NCBI GenBank assembly: GCA_035632375.1
Contig: DASQGY010000037.1
Span: 5,610-69,609 of the forward strand
Source: Bryobacteraceae bacterium
Lineage (GTDB): Bacteria > Acidobacteriota > Terriglobia > Bryobacterales > Bryobacteraceae
DNA: 64,000 nt
Direction of reading: 5' to 3'
Shown here: piece by piece, positions 1-9,204 of the stretch
Position numbering within the stretch: the stretch's first letter is position 1
Layout of the letters: each line of letters opens with the position of its first letter
Position numbers and translations under genes: made by a program
Notes under the pieces: generated by a model
Database searches by the model: none
What the model was told of the DNA's origin: nothing
The model's input: only the letters and a program-made list of their open reading frames with translations

Positions 1-693
1 CGAGAAAGGGATTCCGGAGGCATGGGAGACGATGCCGCGGCGCACCGGCTCGCGGACCGTGTACAACAGAAGCGCGACCAGCAGCCCGGGTAAACCCACC
101 GCGAGAAAGATCACCTGCCAGGGGCGCACCGATCCTACGATAGGCAGTATGTAGGCTTCCTGCACCGAGGCGAGGCGCACGATGATTCCACCGGCCAGAT
201 AAGACATTCCGGCACCGATGTAGATGCCCATGGAGTAGACGCTGATGGCGGTGGCCAGCCTTTCTCTGGGGAAATAATCGGTGATGAGCGAATAGGCCGA
301 CGGCGAGAGGGACGCTTCACCGACGCCGACGCCGATGCGCCAGAGCAGCATCTGGGCGAAGTTGCGAGCGACGCCGCACATCGCGGTGAAAAAGCTCCAG
401 CCCACCAGGCCGGCGGCGATGATGGAACGGCGGCTGCGGGTGTCGGCCAGGCGGCCCAGCGGGATGCCGCAGAAGGTGTAGAAGACAGCGAAGCCGAAAC
501 CCATCAGGATGCTGACCTGGAGGTCGGTGATGCCGAGATCGCGGCGCAGGGGGCGCACCAGGAGGCTCATGATCTGGCGATCGATGAAGGAGAAGACGTA
601 GACCAGCGTGAGCACGCCCACGATGTACCAGGAGTAGCCGGGTGAAGGATAAGGCGCTTCGGTGGGGATTGGCGCGGGGGAGGACTGGGCCAT
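1..693 (-). CDS. MFS transporter, N-terminal part (gene runs off the left edge of the window)
   Basis: Absent from the ORF track because no stop codon lies inside the window. My translation of the reverse strand from the ATG at complement 691-693 reads MAQSSPAPIPTEAPYPSPGYSWYIVGVLTLVYVFSFIDRQIMSLLVRPLRRDLGITDLQVSILMGFGFAVFYTFCGIPLGRLADTRSRRSII... It shows consecutive hydrophobic helices and an MFS motif-A-like loop (GRLADxxxRR). Confidence 0.7.
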   Translation of the reverse strand, partial: MAQSSPAPIPTEAPYPSPGYSWYIVGVLTLVYVFSFIDRQIMSLLVRPLRRDLGITDLQVSILMGFGFAVFYTFCGIPLGRLADTRSRRSIIAAGLVGWSFFTAMCGVARNFAQMLLWRIGVGVGEASLSPSAYSLITDYFPRERLATAISVYSMGIYIGAGMSYLAGGIIVRLASVQEAYILPIVGSVRPWQVIFLAVGLPGLLVALLLYTVREPVRRGIVSHASGIPFS

Positions 694-706
694 AGGTTGG
701 GGAATT

Positions 707-774
707 GTAACAGGTGCTAGGTTTTAGGTGCTAGGTGTTAGTAACAGGTGCCAGGTTTTAGGTGCTAGGTGTTA
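707..774. repeat. Tandem direct repeat, 2 x 34 bp (GTAACAGGTGCTAGGTTTTAGGTGCTAGGTGTTA), one mismatch
   Basis: Read directly. Unit 1 is 707-740 and unit 2 is 741-774, differing only at 718 (t) versus 752 (c). Each unit contains the sub-repeat AGGTGCTAGGT. Located in the intergenic region between the MFS start and the stop of the redoxin gene. Confidence 0.9.
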
Positions 775-780
775 GGGGAG

Positions 781-809
781 GATGCGGCTGCGCCGCGTCT
801 CTTTTTTTT
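781..809 (+). terminator. Intrinsic-terminator-like hairpin plus T8 tract, oriented on the plus strand
   Basis: GATGCGGC-TGC-GCCGCGTC forms an 8-bp stem with one G.U pair and is followed by TCTTTTTTTT (T run 802-809). Both flanking genes are on the minus strand, so this orientation does not serve them. Confidence 0.4.
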
Positions 810-1386
810 ACGGGCTCCTCTTGGCGTGGGTGGCGTGGGTTGCTGTGGGCTTTTTTGCGCCTTCGGCTGGTTCTTTTAGTAACGTCTCGATCATTTCGCG
901 CCAGTAGGGTTCCTGGAGGAGTTTTTCTTCGCCCAGAGGCGGGGTTTGGGAGCGGATGTTGCCTTTGCGATCGATCCAGACGATTTGCGGGACCACGTAG
1001 CGTTCCATGGCTGAGAAGCCGAGAAATTCGAGGACTGGCATGTCCGCGCTGAAACCTACTGGATACTTGATCACGTAGGTTCGCACCAAGTCGTCCACGT
1101 AGAGATTGGCCATCGGGTTGAATGCTACGCCCAGGGGTTGGAAGCCGCGTGCGCCGTATTCGTCGAAGAGCTTGCTGAACACTTGCGAGGCGTGCTGGCA
1201 GTGCGGGCAGGTGGTGTGGACAAAGGTGAGAGCAATCACTTTTCCGCGAAAGCTTTTGAGTGGGATCTCGGTTCCATCCTTGAAGTGGATGGTGAAATCG
1301 GGAGCGGGGCGCGGGACCGGCATTGCCGCCGGCAACAGTAGCGCAGCGCCTAGAATTCCAACCACGGCCGCCAGGACCAAACGCAT
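808..1386 (-). CDS. Secreted thioredoxin-fold thiol:disulfide oxidoreductase (TlpA/ResA/redoxin-like)
   Basis: 192-aa ORF with a signal-like N-terminus (MRLVLAAVVGILGAALLLPAA) and a CxxC active-site motif in a redoxin context (VIALTFVHTTCPHCQH). Confidence 0.8.
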   Translation of the reverse strand: MRLVLAAVVGILGAALLLPAAMPVPRPAPDFTIHFKDGTEIPLKSFRGKVIALTFVHTTCPHCQHASQVFSKLFDEYGARGFQPLGVAFNPMANLYVDDLVRTYVIKYPVGFSADMPVLEFLGFSAMERYVVPQIVWIDRKGNIRSQTPPLGEEKLLQEPYWREMIETLLKEPAEGAKKPTATHATHAKRSP

Positions 1387-1404
1387 CGAATGACTCCTTA
1401 ATTC

Positions 1405-2607
1405 CTAGTGTAAACCTTCAAGCTGCCGGACGGTATTGCCTTCGATCCAGAGCCGGAATCGGCCGGAATCGCCGCGGCCTTCGAGTTTGGACGCGGTATC
1501 CGACTCCCACTGGATTGTCTTCCATTTGCCTTGCATCACGCGACGGTATAGCGAGACGTATTTCAGCGCCGCATCTTCGGAATCCCAGGTGGAGGCAAAG
1601 GCCAGCACCGGATATTTGGCGTGCTTGTGTTCGAGCAATTGATACGAACCGCCGTCCAGATGCGCGGCGGCCTTGCTGCCTTCATCCTGGCCGGCGTATT
1701 GGGACAGCAAAACGCGGAGATCGAGTTCGCCGAGGCTGCCTTCGGCCAACTTGCGGAACTGGCGCGATTCGGGAACTTCGGGCGGATCGGGAAGGTGCGG
1801 CGCGCGATGCGCCAGGTATTTTTCCGGATGCAGGATCTGCTGCGTACTGACGGGCGGGTTGCGAAATACTTCGGCGAAAGAATCGCGTCCGAGTTTTCGA
1901 AACAACGCGTTCTGGAACAACATGCCCTGCGTATAGGGAAAGACCAGCGATTCGCGAATGTAGAGCGGCGCTTTGGCGAATACCGGATATTGTTCGGCGG
2001 AGGTGGAGATGCTGTTGGTCATCAGGTCCAGCATCTTGTCGGGCGCTTCCGGTGGGCCGCCGTTTAGTTTGGACATGTAAGCGGTCATCAGCCAGGAGGC
2101 TTGGCCTTCCATCACTGCGAGGCGGGCGGTGGAGCCATCGTCGCTGCGCGCGCCCTCATGGATGTAGCGGCCCAGGTGAAAATGCTGATCGGCGAGAGCG
2201 TGGGCCAATTCGTGCACCAGCGCGATCCGCTCGTCGGAGCTCGCACCGCTGCCTTCCAGAATGAAGAGGCGCTTCTTGTTGTAGTCGTAGAAGGCCGCGG
2301 CCTGTTCGGTGAGCAGATCCACGGTGCTTTGGCGGAGATCGAAATCCTGGGGGATGAGTCCCAGCATCTTGAGCGTCAATTCTTCGGCGCGCAGATCGGA
2401 GGGTTTGATGGCTTTCTTGATGCGATCGTCGAGGTAACGCCGCAACTGGTCCTTGTTGAGCATCCCGTAGGGGACATCGTGCAGGAAACGGAGGCCGGTG
2501 ATTTCCGAGAGGCTCTGCTCCATGGCGCCGATTTCGGAGAATAAGGGCCGCTGGCCGGCGGCGCGAAGGAGCAAGGCGGCCAGGAGGACGAAGAGGAATC
2601 GTTTCAT
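1405..2607 (-). CDS. Secreted putative zinc metalloprotease (HExxH, gluzincin-like)
   Basis: 400-aa ORF with a signal peptide (MKRFLFVLLAALLLRAAG). Contains the HExxH motif (LVHELAHAL), followed about 30 residues later by MEGQASW, a candidate third zinc ligand Glu. Confidence 0.65.
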   Translation of the reverse strand: MKRFLFVLLAALLLRAAGQRPLFSEIGAMEQSLSEITGLRFLHDVPYGMLNKDQLRRYLDDRIKKAIKPSDLRAEELTLKMLGLIPQDFDLRQSTVDLLTEQAAAFYDYNKKRLFILEGSGASSDERIALVHELAHALADQHFHLGRYIHEGARSDDGSTARLAVMEGQASWLMTAYMSKLNGGPPEAPDKMLDLMTNSISTSAEQYPVFAKAPLYIRESLVFPYTQGMLFQNALFRKLGRDSFAEVFRNPPVSTQQILHPEKYLAHRAPHLPDPPEVPESRQFRKLAEGSLGELDLRVLLSQYAGQDEGSKAAAHLDGGSYQLLEHKHAKYPVLAFASTWDSEDAALKYVSLYRRVMQGKWKTIQWESDTASKLEGRGDSGRFRLWIEGNTVRQLEGLH

Positions 2608-2843
2608 GCGACAATAGAATCTTCATGGTAAACGAGAAAGCAGACGAGAAACAGTATTCCGCCGTATATCAAGGCAGCGGCACGTTCATCATCAGCAAGC
2701 CCAAGCGCAAGTCCGGCAAGCTTCGCCAGTCCAGGCTGAAGAAGCCGCAACGGGGCGGGCGGAAGTAAGACCGGGTACCGGTAGTTCCCCGTACTTCTTC
2801 CCTCGAGACAGATCTTCGGGCGGCTATACAATGTAACTGGCGG

Positions 2844-3587
2844 ATGGTTTCTATTCGCAAAGTTACGCTCGGACTGCTGCTGGCCTCGGCGCTTTCCGCG
2901 CTATTTCTGGCTGTTTTCCTGTTGTGGAACTATCGGGAGTGGCCGCAGGCCGCGCTGCGTCCGCCCTATGCCGCCGATTTGGATGAGCGGACCCGGCAAT
3001 TGCAAGAGCGGGTGGAGACGCTCAACAAGCGGGCCAGCGACATGGAATTGATGGTGCTGCTTCTGCTGGGCGCTTCCGGACTGTATTCGATCGTGTTCAT
3101 CGGCTCGTCATACGTGAGCGCGATGAGGTTTGCGCGGCAGGCGGACCGGTCCATTGCAAAAATCAACCACAAGATCGGACTGTCCCTGGGCGACCTGCGC
3201 GAGCTGAAGGCCGAGGTTCAGCGAACACTTCTCGACCAGTTGAATGAGAGCCAATCTCGGATGACCGCGGAGTTGGCCGGATTGTATCGAAGCTTCGCCG
3301 CTGTTTGCGCTTCCACCGATCCGGCGCGGGCGATTGCTTGTCTTGATCGCGTGCTGGCGCTTGCGCCGTCGGCGGAGGTTCATTACGAACTGGCGTGTTG
3401 TCACGCGGCCGCGCATGATTTCGAGAATGCGGTTCGGGAGTTGGCGGCGGCTTTTCAGGAGCATTCGAAGGCGCTGGATGAACGGCTGGCTCGGGATATC
3501 GAGGAGGGTGGGAAACTCTACGAGTTGGCGTCGACGGCGCCGTTTGATAAGGCGGTGAATGACGTGCTGTTGACGGTGGTGCTGTAG
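2844..3587 (+). CDS. Hypothetical membrane-anchored protein with helical, TPR-like C-terminal part
   Basis: 247-aa ORF with two predicted TM segments (LGLLLASALSALFLAVFLLW and LMVLLLLGASGLYSIVFIGSSYV), followed by an Ala/Leu-rich helical region. I recognise no family. Confidence 0.5.
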   Translation: MVSIRKVTLGLLLASALSALFLAVFLLWNYREWPQAALRPPYAADLDERTRQLQERVETLNKRASDMELMVLLLLGASGLYSIVFIGSSYVSAMRFARQADRSIAKINHKIGLSLGDLRELKAEVQRTLLDQLNESQSRMTAELAGLYRSFAAVCASTDPARAIACLDRVLALAPSAEVHYELACCHAAAHDFENAVRELAAAFQEHSKALDERLARDIEEGGKLYELASTAPFDKAVNDVLLTVVL

Positions 3588-3593
3588 AGTGCG

Positions 3594-3683
3594 GAAAAAC
3601 CGGAAACGTTCCGTCTGTCCCCGGTTTGCGTGGAAACTCCGGGCGTCGGCATGAGTGCCGACGCGGCACGCAAAAGTGCGTGC
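3594..3683. repeat. Short copy of the GAAAAACCGG...CCGGTTT palindromic element, followed by two tetra/hexaloop hairpins
   Basis: GAAAAACCGGAAACGTTCCGTCTGTCCCCGGTTT (3594-3627) matches the two termini of the 103-bp element found at 56425 and 63056. It is followed by the hairpins CGTCGGC-atgagt-GCCGACG (3644-3663) and GCACGC-aaaagt-GCGTGC (3666-3683). Lies between convergent genes. Confidence 0.6.
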
Positions 3684-3690
3684 GCTACGT

Positions 3691-5502
3691 CTAGAAGATG
3701 AAGCTTAGGCCGCCGCGGAGGGCGCGGGGAGATTGGATTAGCAGGACTCGCTGGCCGCCTTCGGAGATTGGCAGGTAGCCTTGCCCCAGGCCGTTGCGCA
3801 GCTCGGCGGTGGCTTCCAAGCGGCCCGGCATTCCAGGGAAGGCGGGGATCGGCTGCCTGAGGCGAATATTCAAGCCGGCGTCGGGATAGGCTCGCTGGGT
3901 CAGGTAGAAGTGGTTGGGCATGATCGCCTTGTAATCGGTCCACTGATAACTCGTAGTGATTTCCGTACCGGTTACCGGGACCGTCGCCGAGGCGCGCGCG
4001 GAAGCCCAGAAGCGCTGGGTGGAGTGGATTCTCGACCGCAAGTCGTCCGCTGAGGAGACAGCCAATTCGTGCTCGGTCAACTCCAGAGCGCCGCCGCGAC
4101 CGAACGACGAACCCAGTTCGATCTTGTCGCCTAACGCCTGCGTCACCGAAGCGGCGTAGCCGAAACGCTGGAAACTGCCGGCGTTCAGTATGCTGCTTCG
4201 CGATGAAATATCGGGCAGGATGTCGCCGGAGGGGAAGATGTCGTCCGGCGTGGCGATGGTCATCGCGGCGTTGGTTACCGTCTCGCGATATCCGGTCAAA
4301 TCGAAAGTAGTGGAGCGAACCTTCTTCTCGTAACCCAGTTCGAAATCCTGCGAGCGTTGGACGGTGGTGCGCCCATCGAGCAACGAGAGGCGGGGCAGAA
4401 TCGACAATGCCGCCAGGTTCTCGCTCAATGCCGCAGTCTCGCTTGGAGTTCCTTGCTTGAATTCCCGGCCGCCGCCCACGAACTGAACGGGCGGAGCCCC
4501 GGTGCTGAATGCGAACTGCACCGTGCCTTTATTCCCCAGGCTGTAGCTCAGGCGCGCGAAGTTGCTGAGGTAGTTCAAATGGGCCAGGAAAGAAACCGAG
4601 TCCATCGACATGCCGTAGTCCAGACGCACGTCATCAGTGATCTGCACGCTGTCATGAATGGCCACTGACATGGTTCGCAACGACGGGACACCGTCCGGCT
4701 GCCCGGTCAACTCGGAAAGATCGCCGCGGCCCGGCAGGTAGACCTGCTGCACGGTGACCGCAATCTCCGGTCCGACGCCATCGCGGCTGTAACTGGTCCG
4801 GAATCCGGCCGCCGGAACACCGGCATGAGCGCTATATCCGACATTGCCGCTCACCTGGATCTGGTTGTGCCCGAACATGGAGGTGGCAAGCGCGAAGGCG
4901 GTTCCCAGATCGGTCTGCGACGTTGTTCCGCCTAGCGATCCCGGATCGCCGGCTGAAACCTTCAGCACGCCGCGTGTTTCGGAGAACATACTGCCAGCCG
5001 CGGCCTGACGCCGGTTGGGATCGGACGAGCTCTCTTCAGGCAGTATGCGGAGAATCGGGCGGGTAGCTGTGGACGCCTTCAGGGTCCATTTCCATTCGTC
5101 GCTCATCAACGCGCCTTGACCGGGGGCCGCGTAAACCAACTCGATGGAACTCAACACGCTGGCCAGGTCGACGTACAGCAAGCTCTGCATTCCGGGCTGA
5201 ACGGCAATCTTCTGCCGCATGGCCGGCACGAAGCTAGCCAAGCTGACACGAACGGAATAAAGGTCGGGTGTGAGGGAATCGAAACCGAAGACGCCGCGTT
5301 CGTTGGTGATGGCGCGCATCATCAGGCGCTCGTAACGGTTAAAGAGCATCACCGTGGCGCCCATTTGGGGGATTCCGGAGGAGTCGCGAACGAAACCGGC
5401 GATGCTGCCGGAGAGTTTAGCGGGTTCGACGGCGAAGGCGGACGGCGCGCACAACCCTACCGCATTGATCGCGACCACGGCGAGTTTTAGACGGCCGTTC
5501 AT
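3691..5502 (-). CDS. Outer-membrane beta-barrel protein with N-terminal carboxypeptidase-regulatory-like domain
   Basis: CarboxypepD_reg-like segment (GSIAGFVRDSSGIPQMGATVMLFN...ERGVFGFDSLTPDLYSVRVSL), a long beta-rich body and a C-terminal ...GGLSFIF aromatic terminus. I prefer the start at Met18 (MNGRLKLAVVAINAVGLCAPSAFA, signal peptide). The ORF track's start at 5553 would abut the upstream stop codon. Confidence 0.7.
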   Translation of the reverse strand: MNGRLKLAVVAINAVGLCAPSAFAVEPAKLSGSIAGFVRDSSGIPQMGATVMLFNRYERLMMRAITNERGVFGFDSLTPDLYSVRVSLASFVPAMRQKIAVQPGMQSLLYVDLASVLSSIELVYAAPGQGALMSDEWKWTLKASTATRPILRILPEESSSDPNRRQAAAGSMFSETRGVLKVSAGDPGSLGGTTSQTDLGTAFALATSMFGHNQIQVSGNVGYSAHAGVPAAGFRTSYSRDGVGPEIAVTVQQVYLPGRGDLSELTGQPDGVPSLRTMSVAIHDSVQITDDVRLDYGMSMDSVSFLAHLNYLSNFARLSYSLGNKGTVQFAFSTGAPPVQFVGGGREFKQGTPSETAALSENLAALSILPRLSLLDGRTTVQRSQDFELGYEKKVRSTTFDLTGYRETVTNAAMTIATPDDIFPSGDILPDISSRSSILNAGSFQRFGYAASVTQALGDKIELGSSFGRGGALELTEHELAVSSADDLRSRIHSTQRFWASARASATVPVTGTEITTSYQWTDYKAIMPNHFYLTQRAYPDAGLNIRLRQPIPAFPGMPGRLEATAELRNGLGQGYLPISEGGQRVLLIQSPRALRGGLSFIF

Positions 5503-5553
5503 TATCCCCGTGCGGGCACCAGGGTGGAGCGCATCGCGCTCCCTTCCATCCAT

Positions 5554-7242
5554 CTACTTTACCGTAAAGTTGGCAGTGGGGGTTAGGGTCTGGTTCCGGT
5601 TCTTGTCCACTACCGTCATTTTCAACGTATACTGCCCCGGGTCGAGGCTTTGCAGCGGGAGCAGTTTCTCCACTGTCACCTGCTGCGAGGAAGCGCCCGG
5701 GATCTGGATCAATTCTTCGGTGTAATCGAGAACGGCCTTGCTGTCGCCGTTCTTGGTGATTTCATACTGTATCGAGCCGTTCGGCTTCTTGGTCTTCTCG
5801 TCCGGCCCAAAGTTGTAGAACTGCGTGTAAATTCCGAGCTTCTCGTTGCGATCGAAGGTGGCGCTCAACCGCGGCCGAACCTTGGTATCGCCAATCACGA
5901 ACTGGCCGGTACCGATGCTCCTTGTGGGGACCTTCTCGATAAGATCCGCCAGCATCAGGCTGCCCTGCGAGAGCTTCTCTTCGTCGTAATGCGGGACGTT
6001 GAGGGCCACGGGATAAGTGGTCATGTTGCCGCCCACCAGATCCTTGGCGACGATGTTGAGCCGGTACATGCCCGGCGGCAGCGGAATGGCCTTTTGATAA
6101 ACGGACGACCCTTCCACGGCCTTGCCCAACAGATCGGAGGCGACATCGATGGTCACTGCATCCTCAAACACGTTCACCGTGCGGCCGGCGATGGAACTAA
6201 TGCGGCCGTAGATGTTCACGGTCGACTTGGCCACGCCATCCTTCTGCGAGAACTGCAGGTCTTTGCGCTCGAACTGGATGGTGATGGTGGTGAGGATGGT
6301 GGAATCGGTGATTTTCAGATAATCGGTCTGGACGCGGAAAGGCAGCGTGTTGTAACGAATGTTGGAGCTGACCACGGCGTCCAGATCCTTGAACTTCACC
6401 GAAGGCGGCTTCTGCAATTTGGCGAACTGTTCCAGGCGCTCGAACTCGTTCATGCTGGCCGGCAGGGGCTGACCGCCGGTACCCAGGTGCGTGCCGTCCG
6501 TGCGATTGAAACGGTCAGTCTTGGAGGCCATTCCCATCTGTTCCATCAAGGTCAAGCCGGCGTTGGGAACATACAGCAGGGCGTCCTTTTCGGACGGGTC
6601 CATGGACATGTGATACTCACCGGTCATGGTGGTGTCGACAAATTCGATTTCGATGTTGGTGCCGATGCCTTCGATGTACCGATAGCGCCATTTTTCAAAG
6701 GGATAAACCGAAGTAGTGCCGCCGCCCTCTTCGTAGGGCCGCTCGTAGGTGCCGCCTGCCGGGTGCGACTCGTTCTCATCCGGGGGGCCGTAGACGATGT
6801 AGATGCGGCCGCGATCGGTCTTCCAGCCGGGGATGCCGGAAGCATAATGCTCGTTGGCATATTCGATGCGGCGGTAGTGCTCTTCCTTGAACTCGTTCTC
6901 TTCGGTGTCGGGCGTGGGGTCGCGGCGCAGCCAGAAGCTTTCGATGAAAGACTGGCGCTCGTCGTCGTTCGAGAGCAGCTTGAAGGCCTTGCGCTCTTCG
7001 TCGGAGATGATGTAGCCGACGTCTTCGTTCAGCCACTTCTTGTAGGGTGTTTCGAGCTCTTTGCGCAGCTTTTCTTCCTGTTTCTTGCGCTGCTTGTCGG
7101 TCATCGGCTTGGAGACGGTCTCCCTGGTGGACACCGAATCCGAGGTGGTCTTTTTCTTGGATTGCGCCACTGCGACGCTAAAAGCACCGGTGATGGCGAG
7201 AGCGACCGCCGTGCCGGAAATTACAAATAGCTTTGTTTTCAT
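5554..7242 (-). CDS. GWxTD domain-containing secreted protein
   Basis: Contains the diagnostic motif IPGWKTDRGRIYIVYGPPDE. Signal peptide MKTKLFVISGTAVALAITGAFSVAVAQ (Met at complement 7240-7242); the ORF track's alternative start is 7281. Immediately upstream of, and co-directional with, the beta-barrel gene. Confidence 0.85.
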   Translation of the reverse strand: MKTKLFVISGTAVALAITGAFSVAVAQSKKKTTSDSVSTRETVSKPMTDKQRKKQEEKLRKELETPYKKWLNEDVGYIISDEERKAFKLLSNDDERQSFIESFWLRRDPTPDTEENEFKEEHYRRIEYANEHYASGIPGWKTDRGRIYIVYGPPDENESHPAGGTYERPYEEGGGTTSVYPFEKWRYRYIEGIGTNIEIEFVDTTMTGEYHMSMDPSEKDALLYVPNAGLTLMEQMGMASKTDRFNRTDGTHLGTGGQPLPASMNEFERLEQFAKLQKPPSVKFKDLDAVVSSNIRYNTLPFRVQTDYLKITDSTILTTITIQFERKDLQFSQKDGVAKSTVNIYGRISSIAGRTVNVFEDAVTIDVASDLLGKAVEGSSVYQKAIPLPPGMYRLNIVAKDLVGGNMTTYPVALNVPHYDEEKLSQGSLMLADLIEKVPTRSIGTGQFVIGDTKVRPRLSATFDRNEKLGIYTQFYNFGPDEKTKKPNGSIQYEITKNGDSKAVLDYTEELIQIPGASSQQVTVEKLLPLQSLDPGQYTLKMTVVDKNRNQTLTPTANFTVK

Positions 7243-7455
7243 ACAATTCACCCAGGCCGGACCGACTCCGATCTGTCCCATTCTAGGCCTATTCGAAACC
7301 CCTGGTCAAGGGAGGGACGTGGACCGGGGCTGGGGCGTTTCACGTTGGTTGGATTGCCGCTGGGGGCCCGCGAACAAAGAATTATGGCCGCCGATGAACG
7401 CAGATGAACGCCGATAAGGCGGGCACGAATACTTGAGCCACGGTAATCTAGACTT

Positions 7456-9126
7456 ATGCGATTGCGTGGATTGATTTATTCGCTGCTGTTGGCTGCTTGC
7501 ATGTTTGCGCGGCAGCCTGTCCATTCCAAGAACGCCATGGTGGTGGCGCAAGAGCCGCTGGCCGCGGATGTTGGTGTGGCGGTGCTCAAGGCTGGCGGAA
7601 ATGCCGTTGACGCTGCGGTAGCGGTTGGATTCGCGCTGGCAGTTACGCATCCTACCGCGGGGAATATCGGCGGCGGCGGGTTCATGCTGGTCCGGATGGC
7701 CGATGGGCGGACGGCTTTTGTCGATTTTCGGGAGAAGGCGCCGGCGAAGTCTACGCGGAATATGTACCTGGGTCCCGATGGGAAGGTGACCAAGGACAGT
7801 CTCGTGGGATGGCGGGCGTCTGGTGTTCCGGGGTCGGTGCGTGGGTTCGAGCTGGCGCACAAGAAGTTCGGGCACAAGGCTTGGGCGGAGTTGGTGGAGC
7901 CCGCGGTCAAGCTGGCGTCGGATGGATTTCCTGTGCCTTATTCGTTGTCGCAGGCTTTGCAGAATAAGCTTACTCGCGACCGGCTGGCGATGTTTCCCGA
8001 CTCGAAGCGGACTTTCCTTGGCGTCGGATTCGGCGACAAGCTGGTGCAGTCGGATCTGGCTGAGACGCTGAAGCGGATTCGCGACCGTGGCGCCAGCGAT
8101 TTCTATGAAGGCGAGACGGCGAAGAAGCTGGCTGCGGCGATGGAAGCTAACGGCGGCACCATCACTCTGGCGGATCTGAAGAACTACCAGGCGGTGGAAC
8201 GCGCGCCCTTGCGCGGGCGGTATCGCGATTTCGACGTGATCACTTCGCCTCCGCCGAGCGCGGGTGGCGTCGGCTTTCTGCAGATGTTCGGGATGCTGGA
8301 AGGCAGCGGGTACGAGAAGGGCGGGGCTGGTTCGGCGTCGTCGGTACACTATGTCGCGGAAGTGATGCGGCGGTTTTATGCGGATCGCAGCGAGTATTTT
8401 GGCGATCCCGATTTTTTCAAGGTGCCGATTCCGAAGCTGCTGGATCCGCGTTATATCGCGAGCCGGCGGAGTACGATCGATCCGCAGCATGCGACTTCGA
8501 GCGAGCACATTCGGCCGGGGAAGCTCAGCGGCTATGAGAGCACTGAGACGACGCACTACAACGTTGTCGATAGTGAGGGGAACGCTGTGGCGGTGACTTA
8601 TACGTTGAACGGCGGATTCGGCAGCGGGGTCACTGCGCCGGGCCTGGGATTTTTGTTGAACAACGAGATGGACGATTTCGCGGCCAAGCCGGGCGAGGAG
8701 AACATGTTTCACCTGATCCAGGGCGAGGCCAATGCCATACGGTCGGGCAAGCGTCCGCTTTCATCGATGACTCCGACTATCCTGCTGCGAGGGGGAAAGC
8801 TGTACATGGTGATTGGCGCGCCGGGGGGCGGGCGGATCATCAACGGCGTTTTTCAGGTGATGCTGAACGTGGTGGACTTCCACATGAACATGCAGGAGGC
8901 GATCGATTTTCCGCGATTCCATCACCAGTGGATGCCGGATGAGTTGTACCTGGAGAAGGGATTCTCGCCGGATACGATCGCGCTGTTGCGGGCGATGGGG
9001 CATAAGATCGCGGCGTACGATGCGCGGTCGCCGGAGATTGCGCGGGTGGAGGCGATCCTGAATGACGGGGGCTGGCTGCAGGGGGCGTCGGATGGGCGGG
9101 GGAATGGGAAGGCGGAGGGGTATTGA
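7456..9126 (+). CDS. ggt: Gamma-glutamyltranspeptidase
   Basis: 556 aa with a signal peptide. Conserved GGT blocks are present: GNIGGGGFMLV, the autoprocessing Thr in ETTHYNVVDSEGNAVAVTYTLNGGFGSG, and LNNEMDDF. Confidence 0.95.
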   Translation: MRLRGLIYSLLLAACMFARQPVHSKNAMVVAQEPLAADVGVAVLKAGGNAVDAAVAVGFALAVTHPTAGNIGGGGFMLVRMADGRTAFVDFREKAPAKSTRNMYLGPDGKVTKDSLVGWRASGVPGSVRGFELAHKKFGHKAWAELVEPAVKLASDGFPVPYSLSQALQNKLTRDRLAMFPDSKRTFLGVGFGDKLVQSDLAETLKRIRDRGASDFYEGETAKKLAAAMEANGGTITLADLKNYQAVERAPLRGRYRDFDVITSPPPSAGGVGFLQMFGMLEGSGYEKGGAGSASSVHYVAEVMRRFYADRSEYFGDPDFFKVPIPKLLDPRYIASRRSTIDPQHATSSEHIRPGKLSGYESTETTHYNVVDSEGNAVAVTYTLNGGFGSGVTAPGLGFLLNNEMDDFAAKPGEENMFHLIQGEANAIRSGKRPLSSMTPTILLRGGKLYMVIGAPGGGRIINGVFQVMLNVVDFHMNMQEAIDFPRFHHQWMPDELYLEKGFSPDTIALLRAMGHKIAAYDARSPEIARVEAILNDGGWLQGASDGRGNGKAEGY

Positions 9127-9136
9127 ACTTCAGATT

Positions 9137-9186
9137 CACAGGCTAAAGCCTGTGCTACCACGTGGCCACAGACTCTGGTCTGGGTT
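9137..9186. repeat. Intergenic hairpin repeat (CACAGGC-taaa-GCCTGTG plus a second imperfect hairpin)
   Basis: CACAGGCTAAAGCCTGTGCTACC (9137-9159) is repeated exactly at 31438-31460. It is followed by GGCCACAGAC...GTCTG, which is related to 21677-21698. Confidence 0.7.
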
Positions 9187-9204
9187 GTGGAATATAGAAA
9201 ACTA

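Noticed and set aside
781-809. Hairpin plus T8 as the terminator of the redoxin gene.
   Set aside because: The T tract follows the stem only on the plus strand. The redoxin gene is on the minus strand, where an A tract precedes the stem.
7393-7411. Direct duplication GATGAACGC-A-GATGAACGC upstream of ggt.
   Set aside because: It is real but only 9 nt x 2 and occurs once in the window. That is too short to distinguish an operator or repeat from chance without genome-wide counts.
7306-8712. Long minus-strand ORF (468 aa) opposite ggt. Similar long ORFs opposite real genes: 5650-7230 (+), 9327-11300 (-), 11200-13167 (-), 13321-14100 (-), 17253-18167 (+), 20491-21705 (-), 22445-24226 (+), 33999-35789 (-), 46607-47716 (-), 47458-48510 (-), 50466-51389 (+), 56302-57162 (-) and 63165-63989 (-).
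   Set aside because: These are antisense shadow ORFs typical of high-GC DNA. Their translations are Arg/Pro/Ala/His-rich low-complexity strings with no motifs, while the opposite strand encodes proteins with unmistakable family signatures.
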